The notes beneath the pieces were generated by a model, which worked only from the letters and a program-made list of their open reading frames with translations, had not been told where the DNA came from and ran no database searches. From a virus (lineage: Duplodnaviria; Caudoviricetes), in IMG/VR virus record IMGVR_UViG_3300042465_000911, positions 1 to 60,984 of that record: a stretch of DNA of 60,984 nt, one strand, 5' to 3'. Positions 8,511 through 17,972 of this stretch are shown in pieces (the stretch's first letter is position 1; the number at the start of each line of letters is the position of its first letter). The position numbers and the translations under genes were made by a program.

Positions 8511-10925
8511 TTACAGAACAACCCAGCGAGCGCCGGTGGGGATGGTTACAGTGACACCGCTGTTGATGGTGATTGGGCCAGTAGACATTGCATTTTTACT
8601 TGTTGTTATTGTGTAGTTGGTTGTGACTATAAGGCTGTTCTCAATAAACACTTGGTCGGCTCCGCCGCCAGTAGCACCGCCACCAACAGAAGACCAAGCA
8701 GTACCGTTGTAGCCTTCAAACTGTGTAATTGAGCTATTGAAGCGCAAATAACCAGACGCACCTGTGGGGCGCTGCGCTGTTGTACCCACGGGAACCAACA
8801 TTGCATCAGTTCCAATAACCTCCAACATGACTGTTGCGCTTGTAGCGCCTCCAATATTAACCTTGCCGCTGGAGTTAATACGCATAGACTCAACACCACC
8901 CTCAGTAAAGGCAATGGTGTCAGCGGCAGGGAACCATATACCTGTGTTGGTGTCACCTGTAGTAGTGATGGCAGGAGCAGCAGCAGAACCAGCCTGCACG
9001 GTTGTTACACCTGTAGCTGACAAAGTAGTGAAAGCTCCAGTGCTTGCCGTTGTGGCACCTACAGACATATTGTTTATCGTGCCAACACCTGTAGAGGTAA
9101 GGGCAAGAGTAGGCGCATTAGCCGCAGTCAACGTAATTAAGTTTGTGTATGCAGCGCCATCAACATCATATGCAGCAAGTGCAAGTGTGTTGGTTGCTGC
9201 TTGTGCAGAGCGCAGCACTGTACCTGTAACAAACTGACCATTTACAGTAATGGTGTCTGCTACGGCATCACCTATGGTTGTGTTACCAGTACTGCTAAGC
9301 GTAGTAAATGTTCCTGCGGCGGCTGTATTAGCCCCAATAATCCCATCAAAGTTGGCTGCGTTGATTCTTCCGCTTACACCTAAACCGCCTGTGATTACAA
9401 GTGTTCCTGTTCCAGTAGTAGTTGAAGCAGTACCTGCGGTAAAAGTTGTTGCACCATTACTTGTTAATGTTGTAAATGCGCCTGTTGAAGCGGTGGTAGC
9501 ACCTACAGACATGTTGTTGATAGTGCCAACACCAGTTGACGTTAGCGCAAGTGTGGGTGTTGTACTAGCAGTTAGTGTGATTAAGTTCGTATATGCTGCG
9601 CCATCTGTATCGTAAGCCGCAAGGGCAAGTGTGTTGGTAGCTGTTTGTGCAGACCTTAAAACTGTACCTGTTACAAACTGCCCATTTACGGTAATGGTGT
9701 CTGCTACCGCATCACCAATTGTTGTATTGCCATTTAGCGTAGTCGCTCCAGAAGCAGTTAGCGTGGTGAACGCACCGGTTGAAGCTGTCGTTGCCCCGAT
9801 AGACATGTTGTTGATAGTGCCAGCCGTTCCCGAACTGATTGTTATCGTCCCTGCGCCAGTGGTGGTGTATGACTGTGCGTTGGTAGTTGTATTAGCGGTT
9901 ACAGCACCAGTAGCAGTCAATGTACCTGAAGCAGACAACGTAGTAAAAGCACCTGTTGATGCTGTTGTTGCACCAATGGACATGTTATTGATTGTGCCTA
10001 CGCCCGTTGATGTTAACGTCAGTGTTGGTGCATTAGCCGCAGTCAACGTAATTAAGTTGGTATAGGCTGTACCATCCACATCATATGCTGCAAGGGCAAG
10101 TGTGTTGGTTGCTAATTTTGCAGACCTTAAAACTGTGCCTGTAACATAGGAGGCCGCTTGAGTGATGGTATCAGTGTCAGCATCACCTATGGTCGTATTA
10201 CCTGTAGCTGACAAAGTAGTAAAAGCTCCAGTGCTTGCAGTCGTTGCCCCAATAGACATGTTATTGATAGTACCGACACCTGTCGAAGTAAGTGCAAGTG
10301 TAGGAGTAGTACTAGCAGTTAGTGTAATTAAGTTTGTATATGCTGCGCCATCTGTGTCATAGGCGGCGAGATTTAACGTATTGGTTGCTGTCTTTGCTGA
10401 CTTAAGCTGAGTGCCTGTGACGTAAGAAGCTGTTTGAGTGATGGTGTCAGTGTCGGCATCACCAAGCGTAGTGTTGCCTGTAACAGTCAAATTACCATTG
10501 ACGGTGAAGTTGCCCACAGTAGACGAGCCAATTTCAATGAAGTCAGAACCGTTCCATGCAACAACAGCACTTGAGCCGTTGGGAATAGTCAATCCTGTCG
10601 TTGGGCCAACACCAACCAACTTAACAGAAAATCCGCCTGTCGTAGCGTTAATGATGGTATAAATCTTTGACTGAGCAGGAGCCGTGATTGTGCGCAAAAC
10701 CGTTCTTGATCCCGAACACAACAAAATAGCCTGTCGTGAAGTATTTGCTGCGCCGGTAGTTGTTGTCAGTGTGACATCTGCATCAGTGCTTAAAGTGGTT
10801 GTACCCGCAATAGCTGAGTCAAGCAGCGAGGTAATGCTGTTATTTACTGTGTCACCCCATGTACCTGACAACTCTCCAGTAACGGGTAAAGCCAAGCCCA
10901 AAAGTGATGTATATGCTGTCGTCAT
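8511..10925 (-). CDS. Long tail fibre with four internal ~95-aa repeats
   Basis: Thr/Gly-rich; N-terminal TGELSGTWG anchor; repeated GNTTIGDA..DTIT...GTINNMSIGATTASTGAFTTL. Confidence 0.85.
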   Translation of the reverse strand: MTTAYTSLLGLALPVTGELSGTWGDTVNNSITSLLDSAIAGTTTLSTDADVTLTTTTGAANTSRQAILLCSGSRTVLRTITAPAQSKIYTIINATTGGFSVKLVGVGPTTGLTIPNGSSAVVAWNGSDFIEIGSSTVGNFTVNGNLTVTGNTTLGDADTDTITQTASYVTGTQLKSAKTATNTLNLAAYDTDGAAYTNLITLTASTTPTLALTSTGVGTINNMSIGATTASTGAFTTLSATGNTTIGDADTDTITQAASYVTGTVLRSAKLATNTLALAAYDVDGTAYTNLITLTAANAPTLTLTSTGVGTINNMSIGATTASTGAFTTLSASGTLTATGAVTANTTTNAQSYTTTGAGTITISSGTAGTINNMSIGATTASTGAFTTLTASGATTLNGNTTIGDAVADTITVNGQFVTGTVLRSAQTATNTLALAAYDTDGAAYTNLITLTASTTPTLALTSTGVGTINNMSVGATTASTGAFTTLTSNGATTFTAGTASTTTGTGTLVITGGLGVSGRINAANFDGIIGANTAAAGTFTTLSSTGNTTIGDAVADTITVNGQFVTGTVLRSAQAATNTLALAAYDVDGAAYTNLITLTAANAPTLALTSTGVGTINNMSVGATTASTGAFTTLSATGVTTVQAGSAAAPAITTTGDTNTGIWFPAADTIAFTEGGVESMRINSSGKVNIGGATSATVMLEVIGTDAMLVPVGTTAQRPTGASGYLRFNSSITQFEGYNGTAWSSVGGGATGGGADQVFIENSLIVTTNYTITTSKNAMSTGPITINSGVTVTIPTGARWVVL

Positions 10926-11821
10926 GTTGTTACCTCAATTTCTTCCCAATTTGGGGTTTGTTCATCATCAATCAGCGACCAGCCCGGAGTTTGCAAATTA
11001 CTGATATTTTGCCAGTTCACAGCCTGCGTGTCATCTATATTTGCCCAGCCTGCCGATTGTACGTCTGAGATTGTTGCCCAGTCTGCTGTTTGACTATCAT
11101 CAATCAGCTTCCAATAAACCGCAATCAGTGTTCCAACATATCCCTGAGCCTGATTTCCTGTCAGACCAAATGTTCTTGGCCCCAACGCTACCGATCCAAC
11201 AGCAGCCGTGGAAGCGTTACCAGTCAATTCAATGATTAGCTCATACCCCACTGACCCAACTGCGCCATTTGCTTGGTTGCTTGGAATCGGAACAATAACC
11301 GCATTCGCAATACCAGAAGCTACAACACCAGTCAGAGCAACCGAGCCGCCCCGAACAACCGTGCCAACCGCACCAGCGGCAGCATTACCAGTCAAGGCCA
11401 GTGAAGTTGCACCCCGAGAAACAGTACCGACCAAACCGCTGGCAACTCTGCCAGTCAAAGCCAGTGATGTAGCTCCCCTAAAAACCGTACCAGCACTTCC
11501 GCTTGCCAAGTCTCCGGTCAGCGCAACAGTTTTGCTGTGGACAACAGTACCAACCGCTCCCGCCGCTGAAACGCCAGTCAGAGAAATTACACGGGAAACT
11601 CCAACACTGCCCACGTTTCCAAAAGCAATATTGCCGTTTTCTGTTGGGTTATTTGTCTCAACAACAGTCCCAACCGCCCCAGAAGCCAGAACCCCACTTA
11701 ACGCAACAGTCCGACTGGGCGTGACCGTCCCTACGGTTCCTGTTGCTACATCCCCTGTTGCTTCAAGAGTGCCGCCCCAGCCGTTGTCGCCCCAAGCATT
11801 GTTGCCCCAGCCGAGAGCCAT
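10922..11821 (-). CDS. Virion structural protein with ALTG..A.G.VGTV repeats
   Basis: WG-repeat N-terminus, ~20-aa repeats, Trp-periodic C-terminus. Confidence 0.7.
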   Translation of the reverse strand: MALGWGNNAWGDNGWGGTLEATGDVATGTVGTVTPSRTVALSGVLASGAVGTVVETNNPTENGNIAFGNVGSVGVSRVISLTGVSAAGAVGTVVHSKTVALTGDLASGSAGTVFRGATSLALTGRVASGLVGTVSRGATSLALTGNAAAGAVGTVVRGGSVALTGVVASGIANAVIVPIPSNQANGAVGSVGYELIIELTGNASTAAVGSVALGPRTFGLTGNQAQGYVGTLIAVYWKLIDDSQTADWATISDVQSAGWANIDDTQAVNWQNISNLQTPGWSLIDDEQTPNWEEIEVTT

Positions 11822-11832
11822 GAACTACCTCT

Positions 11833-12324
11833 TTAGGTAGTTGCCAAGCGCAACAAAGCAGTTGACGTAGTGTTTGACGGCATAGTCAAAGTGAAAGTAC
11901 CCGCCGTGATGGTCTGTGAACCAAACGTGTGGACGCTGATAGCCTTGTTGCTTTGTGTTGAGTTGTACAGCAACACAGTATCAAACGCCGTGGTTAAGGT
12001 CACCGTGGTGTAGGTAATTGATGCTGAAGGAGTCCAGTACGCTACACCAGCAGTTGCTGAGGTGTTAGTTGACGTTGGAGCCGTAGCATTTGTTACCGTA
12101 ACTCCGCCAGCAACGTAGTTGGTGCCGGACACTTCTCCAGTTACTGTGTACGCAGTGGTAGCCGCATTGATGGTTGCTGAGGCCAAATACAAAGCTGCTT
12201 TTACAGTATCTGTAGTGGGTGATGTCAAACTACCACGGGACACGATGGTTGAAGTGCCAAGCTGGTGCTGACCAAGCATTAGCTCGCTCATGAATGAGGT
12301 GCACATTGATTGGGTGTTTGCCAT
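11833..12324 (-). CDS. Virion structural protein, paralogue of 12532..12972
   Basis: MCTSF...KAALY...TTAY...EV...Y.AGG pattern. Confidence 0.7.
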   Translation of the reverse strand: MANTQSMCTSFMSELMLGQHQLGTSTIVSRGSLTSPTTDTVKAALYLASATINAATTAYTVTGEVSGTNYVAGGVTVTNATAPTSTNTSATAGVAYWTPSASITYTTVTLTTAFDTVLLYNSTQSNKAISVHTFGSQTITAGTFTLTMPSNTTSTALLRLATT

Positions 12325-12334
12325 GATTTATCCT

Positions 12335-12532
12335 TTAGCCAATTGATTGGGTTTCGCCACCGCCAAAGACGGGCATTTTCTTCAAGGCCACATGCGCAGA
12401 CCGGTGGACAAGCTCACCTTCCAACCAATACTCAACCCATGTGGTTAATTCATTGTCGTTGTCCACGGTACCCTCACGCTTTTCCAGCAAAGAGTCATCC
12501 ATGTCGCCTTTGGTTGTGGTTACAAGTGCCAT
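12335..12532 (-). CDS. Small hypothetical protein (MALVTTTKGDMDD...)
   Basis: ATG overlaps the upstream stop. Confidence 0.65.
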   Translation of the reverse strand: MALVTTTKGDMDDSLLEKREGTVDNDNELTTWVEYWLEGELVHRSAHVALKKMPVFGGGETQSIG

Positions 12533-12972
12533 TAGCCGATCCTTATGATTGCTGTGGTGTTTGTGGCGGCAGGGAACTGCACCACAAAAGTGGTTGTTGA
12601 AGTCTTGTTTGAGCCAAAGTCCAGCACGCAAACTGCCGGATTAGTTGTCCCATTAAATTTATAAATCAAAGCTCCACGGGCAGTTATAGCACCAGTCCAT
12701 GAGGCATTTGAGAATGAAATATACGCCGTTGTGTTTGGCGCATTGCCTGTGGTTGGCACTTGGTTTATCACCAGAATTTCACCGCCAGCCGTATACCCAG
12801 CATCCACAACCTCGCCCGTAGACGTATAAGCCGTGGTAGAAGCATCAAGAGTGGCTTCATTGGTATAGAGCGCAATCTTGAATACGTCTGTTGTGCCCGT
12901 GCCAAAGTTGTACACGCCATCCAAGATGCCTGTACGAAACACGTTGCAGGTGTAGTTTCCCGTGAACGCCAT
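12532..12972 (-). CDS. Virion structural protein, paralogue of 11833..12324
   Basis: FKIALY...TTAY...Y.AGG...ARGALIY...VLDFG. Confidence 0.7.
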   Translation of the reverse strand: MAFTGNYTCNVFRTGILDGVYNFGTGTTDVFKIALYTNEATLDASTTAYTSTGEVVDAGYTAGGEILVINQVPTTGNAPNTTAYISFSNASWTGAITARGALIYKFNGTTNPAVCVLDFGSNKTSTTTFVVQFPAATNTTAIIRIG

Positions 12973-13703
12973 CAACGCACCCCATTATTCTGTGGCAATG
13001 GCGGCTGTCTAAATTGACCGCTGCGGTAAGCATCGCTGCGCTCAAGACCATCACCGAGGCGAGATGCCAACGCAAGTGCTTCTTTGTACTTGCCATCATA
13101 GAGTTGCAGCATATCAGTCTCACCCTTCATAAAGGTGTATGCCTCTACAAGCGAACCGTACAACAGCACCGAATCAAAGTTGTCACCCAACCATGTCTGT
13201 CCAGAAGCAATGGTAGTGATTGACTCGGGGTAATAGTAGTAATGCAATTCAACGCTGTAAGTTGTATCCGGCGTTGGGCCAAGGATAAAACTTAACTCGT
13301 TGGTAATAGTTGGTGTTGGGCCTGCTGTTGTGGTTGGGCCAAACAGTGCATAGTACTTAGGAATGGCTGTATCTGTTGGCGTGGGGTACGCCTGACGGAT
13401 GAAGTTGACATCCTTGTTCAGCAAGTACTCGTAGCTACCATCGGTGTTGATTACTGCCAAGGAATACGTAGACAGGAAGTCATCAGGGCAAGCAAGGTAC
13501 TTATTGCTGGCTGTCACTGTGCCTGTCACGTTTTTGCGAAGCGACGGGAACTGAACTGTGTTGTATATGCGCTGTTCAGCTTGCTGGATGAATCGGGCGA
13601 TCTGAGCCGTAGACGAAACCGTAGACGAATCCGCAAGCGTAATCGTCGGAAAATTGTTTTCCGTGTAGGTTTGTATTGCTGCTACAAGCTCAGTGTACGT
13701 CAT
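12972..13703 (-). CDS. Head-to-tail adaptor protein
   Basis: TYTEL...FIQQAEQRIY...PTPD..Y...LLYGSLVEA pattern. Confidence 0.7.
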   Translation of the reverse strand: MTYTELVAAIQTYTENNFPTITLADSSTVSSTAQIARFIQQAEQRIYNTVQFPSLRKNVTGTVTASNKYLACPDDFLSTYSLAVINTDGSYEYLLNKDVNFIRQAYPTPTDTAIPKYYALFGPTTTAGPTPTITNELSFILGPTPDTTYSVELHYYYYPESITTIASGQTWLGDNFDSVLLYGSLVEAYTFMKGETDMLQLYDGKYKEALALASRLGDGLERSDAYRSGQFRQPPLPQNNGVR

Positions 13704-13900
13704 GCCATTGGGCCTCGTGCCATTTTGCCTTTGGTCTGCGCTTTACCACCGCGCACGACAATCCCCGAAGTTTTCATGGGAGGGTAGTCTTGGCTACGGA
13801 TGTTTGCCACAGAAACATTGGCCTTACGCATGGTTTCTTTTGCAGGCTCTTCACCAACAATCACGTTGGGTTTTTTGGTTGCTTGTTTGTAGGTGGCCAT
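13700..13900 (-). CDS. Small basic late protein (RGG...TKGK tail)
   Basis: ATG at 13900 immediately after the upstream stop. Confidence 0.65.
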   Translation of the reverse strand: MATYKQATKKPNVIVGEEPAKETMRKANVSVANIRSQDYPPMKTSGIVVRGGKAQTKGKMARGPMA

Positions 13901-13901
13901 G

Positions 13902-14093
13902 TTACTTACCCCGACCAGCACTGCGCTGGTTAACGATCTTGGCCATATTGCGGCCATATTTCAGCATGTCGCTGTTGGTTTTGCCGCCAGCCTTGAGCTT
14001 GGTCATGGGCTTGCCGGGGTGCATGGCTTTCTCGTGCTTATGCACTGCGCCAGCAACCATCTTTTTGTCTTGTTTTAAGTCTGCTTTGTCCAT
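13902..14093 (-). CDS. Small basic late protein (LKAGG motif)
   Basis: Strong SD AGGAG; Lys-rich. Confidence 0.7.
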   Translation of the reverse strand: MDKADLKQDKKMVAGAVHKHEKAMHPGKPMTKLKAGGKTNSDMLKYGRNMAKIVNQRSAGRGK

Positions 14094-14102
14094 TTTGAAC
14101 TC

Positions 14103-14531
14103 CTAAGTTACGCTTACCGTGACTGTACCAACTTCTACCACAGAAACCAAGTCATTTGGGGTCAAACCTGCATCATTTGCTCTTGAACCACCGACAGGGT
14201 TCCACCCCCACTCAAATATCCTACTGCCGCCGCCAACAATACCCTGCGCATCAATGCTTGGGTTGTTGGTCAACACGACTTGCAAACCTGTTCTGCCAGA
14301 AACCTTGTAGCTCAAGTCTGGCCTTGGGTCTCTCACGCCCTGCGGATCGTCCACAGGGTACATACCAAGTTGCAACTGAGGCTGATCTGGATCCCAGCAC
14401 TGCGGACACACCTTCAAGTCGTAGACCTTGGTCTTGACAACAAGCTTTTGCAAAGCCGTCAGCTTGAATCTGAAGCCGCACCGGTCGCACTCGGCAATCG
14501 AGTTCTTGCCACTGGCAAACCGGTTCCCCAT
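14103..14531 (-). CDS. Conserved phage protein with two CxxC motifs
   Basis: CDRC...CPQC. Confidence 0.7.
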   Translation of the reverse strand: MGNRFASGKNSIAECDRCGFRFKLTALQKLVVKTKVYDLKVCPQCWDPDQPQLQLGMYPVDDPQGVRDPRPDLSYKVSGRTGLQVVLTNNPSIDAQGIVGGGSRIFEWGWNPVGGSRANDAGLTPNDLVSVVEVGTVTVSVT

Positions 14532-15469
14532 TACGTACCGCTCCCAATAAACATCTGTCTAGGCACAAGACGCAACGCGGCGCGTTCCTGATCCTCGTCA
14601 GCCGCAGTCATCCATGCCTCGTCATATTGAGCTTTGAGCACTTGTAGCCTGTCCATGCCACCCGGCACCTTCAAAGCGATGTAGTAGGCCAACCCAGCCA
14701 CCATACAGGGCACAAAACGGAAAGGCACATCCATCACATTGACACCGCTACCGGCATCTTGCACGCGACGCATACGCCAGTACACAAACTGGTAGGTCTG
14801 AGAGCCGTCAGGCGTTGGCCACACGGTTACGCGAGGCGTATTGTTGACGTAAATCTTGGCATTTGCACTTGCGGTATGGGAAGCCGCGGTTGTTCCGTTC
14901 TGTCCACGGAAGCAATCTCCCAAAGTGTTGCCGTCAATGTAGTTGTAGAAGATGGTTTCGCTGTCAAGGTTGATGTAACCAATGGCAGGCAAGCCCACGA
15001 CGTTGGACAAGACGATTGTGTTGTCTGTGGCGTTGATGTTTGTTGCCAAAACCGCTGAAGTGGGGCTGACTTGCCCGTCCAAACGCTGATACCAGACCTG
15101 AATTGGTCGTGCTTGGGTCAATTTGTTGGGCAAAGTGGCGTATGTAGACACGCTGATGCGTGTAATTGTCAAATCTGCCTGTGTTGACTGGACATTTGCC
15201 TGTGTTCGGATCACATGATCCAGCAAATCCACGGTATCTGTGGGGACTGCGTAGGTATTTAACCCTTGCGTCAGGGTAATTGTGCCCTGCTCAAACGTCC
15301 ACATGTTGACACCACGGTTTGCCCAGTCCGCAAACAGCAAATTCAACGACCGGCGAGCCGTTTTAAGGTCGTATCCCGTGCGCAACTCTGAACCGGCACG
15401 CTCAAACGCCTCCTCCACCAGTTCGGTGAGGTCTAAATTAAAGCCTGATGATCCAGAAGTTGTTGCCAT
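14531..15469 (-). CDS. Adaptor / tail tubular protein A-like
   Basis: EEAFERAG...ARRSLNLLFADWANRG...WPTPD...VPFRF pattern. Confidence 0.7.
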   Translation of the reverse strand: MATTSGSSGFNLDLTELVEEAFERAGSELRTGYDLKTARRSLNLLFADWANRGVNMWTFEQGTITLTQGLNTYAVPTDTVDLLDHVIRTQANVQSTQADLTITRISVSTYATLPNKLTQARPIQVWYQRLDGQVSPTSAVLATNINATDNTIVLSNVVGLPAIGYINLDSETIFYNYIDGNTLGDCFRGQNGTTAASHTASANAKIYVNNTPRVTVWPTPDGSQTYQFVYWRMRRVQDAGSGVNVMDVPFRFVPCMVAGLAYYIALKVPGGMDRLQVLKAQYDEAWMTAADEDQERAALRLVPRQMFIGSGT

Positions 15470-15488
15470 TGTTTAGTCCATTGCTGGG

Positions 15489-16604
15489 TTATACGGGTAT
15501 CCCGCTTCGGAGTACTTGACGCTCCGCATCCCAATCGCCTTGCCTTGGGAGTACTTGCGGTCGCTCTTGTGGTTGTCCGCCCAATAATGTCGCCAAGCCT
15601 TGCAGCCCCATTTGACCGCCGTATCCACCACCGCCCATGCGACCAAATGTTCCTGGTGGTGGAATGTCCATAGTCATACCGCGTCTAGCATCCTCTTGGG
15701 TAGCCTGCTGCCACGCGGACTGTAGTTGTGTTTGGTGTTGTGCATTGCGCTGCTGTTGCATCTGGTCAATGTTGCCGTATGGGTTTTGTCTCATTTGTCC
15801 TTGCTGGGGTTGGGCCATCCCCTGCATCTTGCCCTGCAAGTCTTGTAGCTGCTGGTACATCGGGGCTTTTTGCATGTAATCGTTCATTTGTCGGCTCAAG
15901 TCTTCTTGCTGCTGCCGGTAGCCTTGGAACTCTTGGTCTTGGAAAAACGCAGGTTGTTGTGCTTGTTGTTGTGCCATTTGACCCATGTTGCCCATGTAAC
16001 TTTGAGCAAAGGCTGGCAACTGCTGTTGTCCGCCCATGCCGCCACCAAAGCCTTGACCGCCGTAGCCGCCTCGATTGCCATAGCCGCCTCGATTGCCATA
16101 GCCACTATTCAGGCTTTGACCAAACGGGCTTTGCCCTTGCGGTTGAAATCCGCCACCAAAACCTTGGCCACCGCCAAATCCACCCATGCCACCCATAAAT
16201 GGATTCTGCATCTGGTAAGGGCTGTAGCCTCCACCAAAGCCGCCCATGCCACCCATGAAAGGGTTTTGCATTTGACCGCCGCCGTAGCCGCCTTGCATAG
16301 GATTAAAACCACCACCAAAGCCACCACCAAAGCCGCCGTAACCGCCTTGGCCACCAAACCCTTGATTGCCGCCAAACCCTTGATTGCCGCCAAAACCGCC
16401 CATGTTATTCATGTAGCCTTGTGCGTATGCAGGCATTTGCGGTTGACCAAAGCCACCACCAAAGCCACCACCAAACCCGCCGCCACTAGACTGCATAAAA
16501 GGGTTTTGCATCTGCTGCTGGGGTTGCTGAGATTGTTGCTGGCCGTTTGACCCGCCAAACAAGCTTTGCCCAAACGGGCTGGATCGGGGTGCTAGGGAAG
16601 TCAT
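15489..16604 (-). CDS. Gly/Gln/Phe-rich low-complexity protein
   Basis: 371-aa ORF with AAGGA SD; GGFGG, QMQNPFM and RGGYG repeats. Confidence 0.8.
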   Translation of the reverse strand: MTSLAPRSSPFGQSLFGGSNGQQQSQQPQQQMQNPFMQSSGGGFGGGFGGGFGQPQMPAYAQGYMNNMGGFGGNQGFGGNQGFGGQGGYGGFGGGFGGGFNPMQGGYGGGQMQNPFMGGMGGFGGGYSPYQMQNPFMGGMGGFGGGQGFGGGFQPQGQSPFGQSLNSGYGNRGGYGNRGGYGGQGFGGGMGGQQQLPAFAQSYMGNMGQMAQQQAQQPAFFQDQEFQGYRQQQEDLSRQMNDYMQKAPMYQQLQDLQGKMQGMAQPQQGQMRQNPYGNIDQMQQQRNAQHQTQLQSAWQQATQEDARRGMTMDIPPPGTFGRMGGGGYGGQMGLQGLATLLGGQPQERPQVLPRQGDWDAERQVLRSGIPV

Positions 16605-16625
16605 TTTTTGTTCCTTTATCAGCCG

Positions 16626-16859
16626 TTATCTAAATCCAGCCGTTTTCTTTGCCACTTTGGGTGGTTGTTTCACGAATTGCTTTCCGGCTTTTTTACCCGC
16701 ACGTTTTGCACGCGTTGTCGCAGCGTACTCAGAAGGGCTAAGAGCTTTAATTGCAGCTTCAGGGAGATATCTTTCACCTGTGTCAGAAGAGCGTTTGCCA
16801 CTTTTGGTTCTCCATTTTTGGTCGCCCCAGTTTTTCAAGGACTGTTGCGGCGCTTTCAA
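16626..16859 (-). CDS. DUF5872-like C-terminal half
   Basis: QQSLKNW..QKW...ERYLP...GKQFV. Confidence 0.6.
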   Translation of the reverse strand: MKAPQQSLKNWGDQKWRTKSGKRSSDTGERYLPEAAIKALSPSEYAATTRAKRAGKKAGKQFVKQPPKVAKKTAGFR

Positions 16860-17131
16860 TCTCGGTAGCCCCCGCCAGCAGCCTTGTACTTCTTGGCTAC
16901 CAACTGTGCTTTTCTAGCCGACCACTGACCTGCACCTGTGCCGTGAGTAGCCGCCGCCTTCACTTGCGACACAATCTTCTTGCGCAGGCTAGGCTTGGTG
17001 TAGTTTCCCGCCGCGTTGACTTTCCCACCCTCTTTGTATTGGGTGAAATCGGTGTCATCGCGGCGTGGTGTCTTCACGCCTTTGGGCATTTTGGAGGGAT
17101 TGATATCCCCCATTCCACGGCTGGACATCAT
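16856..17131 (-). CDS. DUF5872-like N-terminal half
   Basis: YTKP.LR...GQWSARKAQLVA..YK.AGGGY. Confidence 0.6.
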   Translation of the reverse strand: MMSSRGMGDINPSKMPKGVKTPRRDDTDFTQYKEGGKVNAAGNYTKPSLRKKIVSQVKAAATHGTGAGQWSARKAQLVAKKYKAAGGGYRD

Positions 17132-17132
17132 G

Positions 17133-17480
17133 TTAGCAGTAGGCTTTGCCGCCAGATTTCATGGTGACCATTTTGCCTTTGGTCTTGCCTTTTACAGCAA
17201 CACCGTCTTTGCTGGGAGCAGCAGTTTTCACTGAACCCATCTTGGCGTTGGTGATGCCACCAGAAGCCATTTTCTTTGTGCCCATTGCTTTTTTCTTAGC
17301 AATCATTTCCATGAAAGGGTTTGCTTTAGCCATATCACCACCTCTTTTAAAAGTTTTGCCTTTATCGGCGTTTGAAAAATCCTTGCCCACAGATTGCGGG
17401 ACTCCCACCTTCTTGGCAAACGATGGGTTGTGGGCCACCGCTTCCATGAAATTGTGTTGCTTCTTACTCGTGCTTGGCAT
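17133..17480 (-). CDS. Small basic late protein with three xxxGG motifs
   Basis: MPSTSKKQHNFM start; FKRGG, MASGG, MKSGG. Confidence 0.7.
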   Translation of the reverse strand: MPSTSKKQHNFMEAVAHNPSFAKKVGVPQSVGKDFSNADKGKTFKRGGDMAKANPFMEMIAKKKAMGTKKMASGGITNAKMGSVKTAAPSKDGVAVKGKTKGKMVTMKSGGKAYC

Positions 17481-17652
17481 ACTTAGCCACCAAGTTTTTA
17501 ACAGTTTCAGTTTCCCAGATGCGGATAACCATCCACACAATAGTCAACACGCCGCCAATGAGCGCTACGACAGGAGTCATCCAGCCCATGAAACCACCAA
17601 GTCCAACAACCACAGCAGCGCCATCAGTCATTGTTTTTACGTCGTTGTTCAT
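17464..17652 (-). CDS. Small two-TM holin-like protein
   Basis: 62 aa, two hydrophobic segments, charged C-terminus. Confidence 0.55.
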   Translation of the reverse strand: MNNDVKTMTDGAAVVVGLGGFMGWMTPVVALIGGVLTIVWMVIRIWETETVKNLVAKYAKHE

Positions 17653-17972
17653 ACCATACGTCCTTTCGTTTTGCCCTTGGTCGCGCAACCATCAGCCTTG
17701 GTGACATAGCCACCATCAGCGCAGTTCCAAGCTCTCAAGGACTTGTTAATCCTCGAATCCGGATCGTTTGCGGTCTTGGCGCTCGTAAGCTTCGCTTTCA
17801 TCCCTTTCATACGGGCGCAAAAAGAGTCTCGCCTGCTGCCGCCCTCGGGTTGAGGACGCTTCAGCCCCGGTTTCCCGGGATTCGCTGCGTTGTAAGAAGC
17901 CCGACCTTTGGCGTTCAAGCCTCCGCTCGGATTCTTCCCTTCTTTGCGCGTCCATGCTGGGGATTTAGCCAT
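17649..17972 (-). CDS. DUF6321-like basic protein
   Basis: KNPSGGLNAKGR...RRDSFCARM...SLRAWNC. Confidence 0.65.
   Translation of the reverse strand: MAKSPAWTRKEGKNPSGGLNAKGRASYNAANPGKPGLKRPQPEGGSRRDSFCARMKGMKAKLTSAKTANDPDSRINKSLRAWNCADGGYVTKADGCATKGKTKGRMV

Noticed and set aside
6853-10925. Diversity-generating retroelement acting on tail genes
   Set aside because: No reverse transcriptase, and no adenine-specific template/variable repeat pair seen
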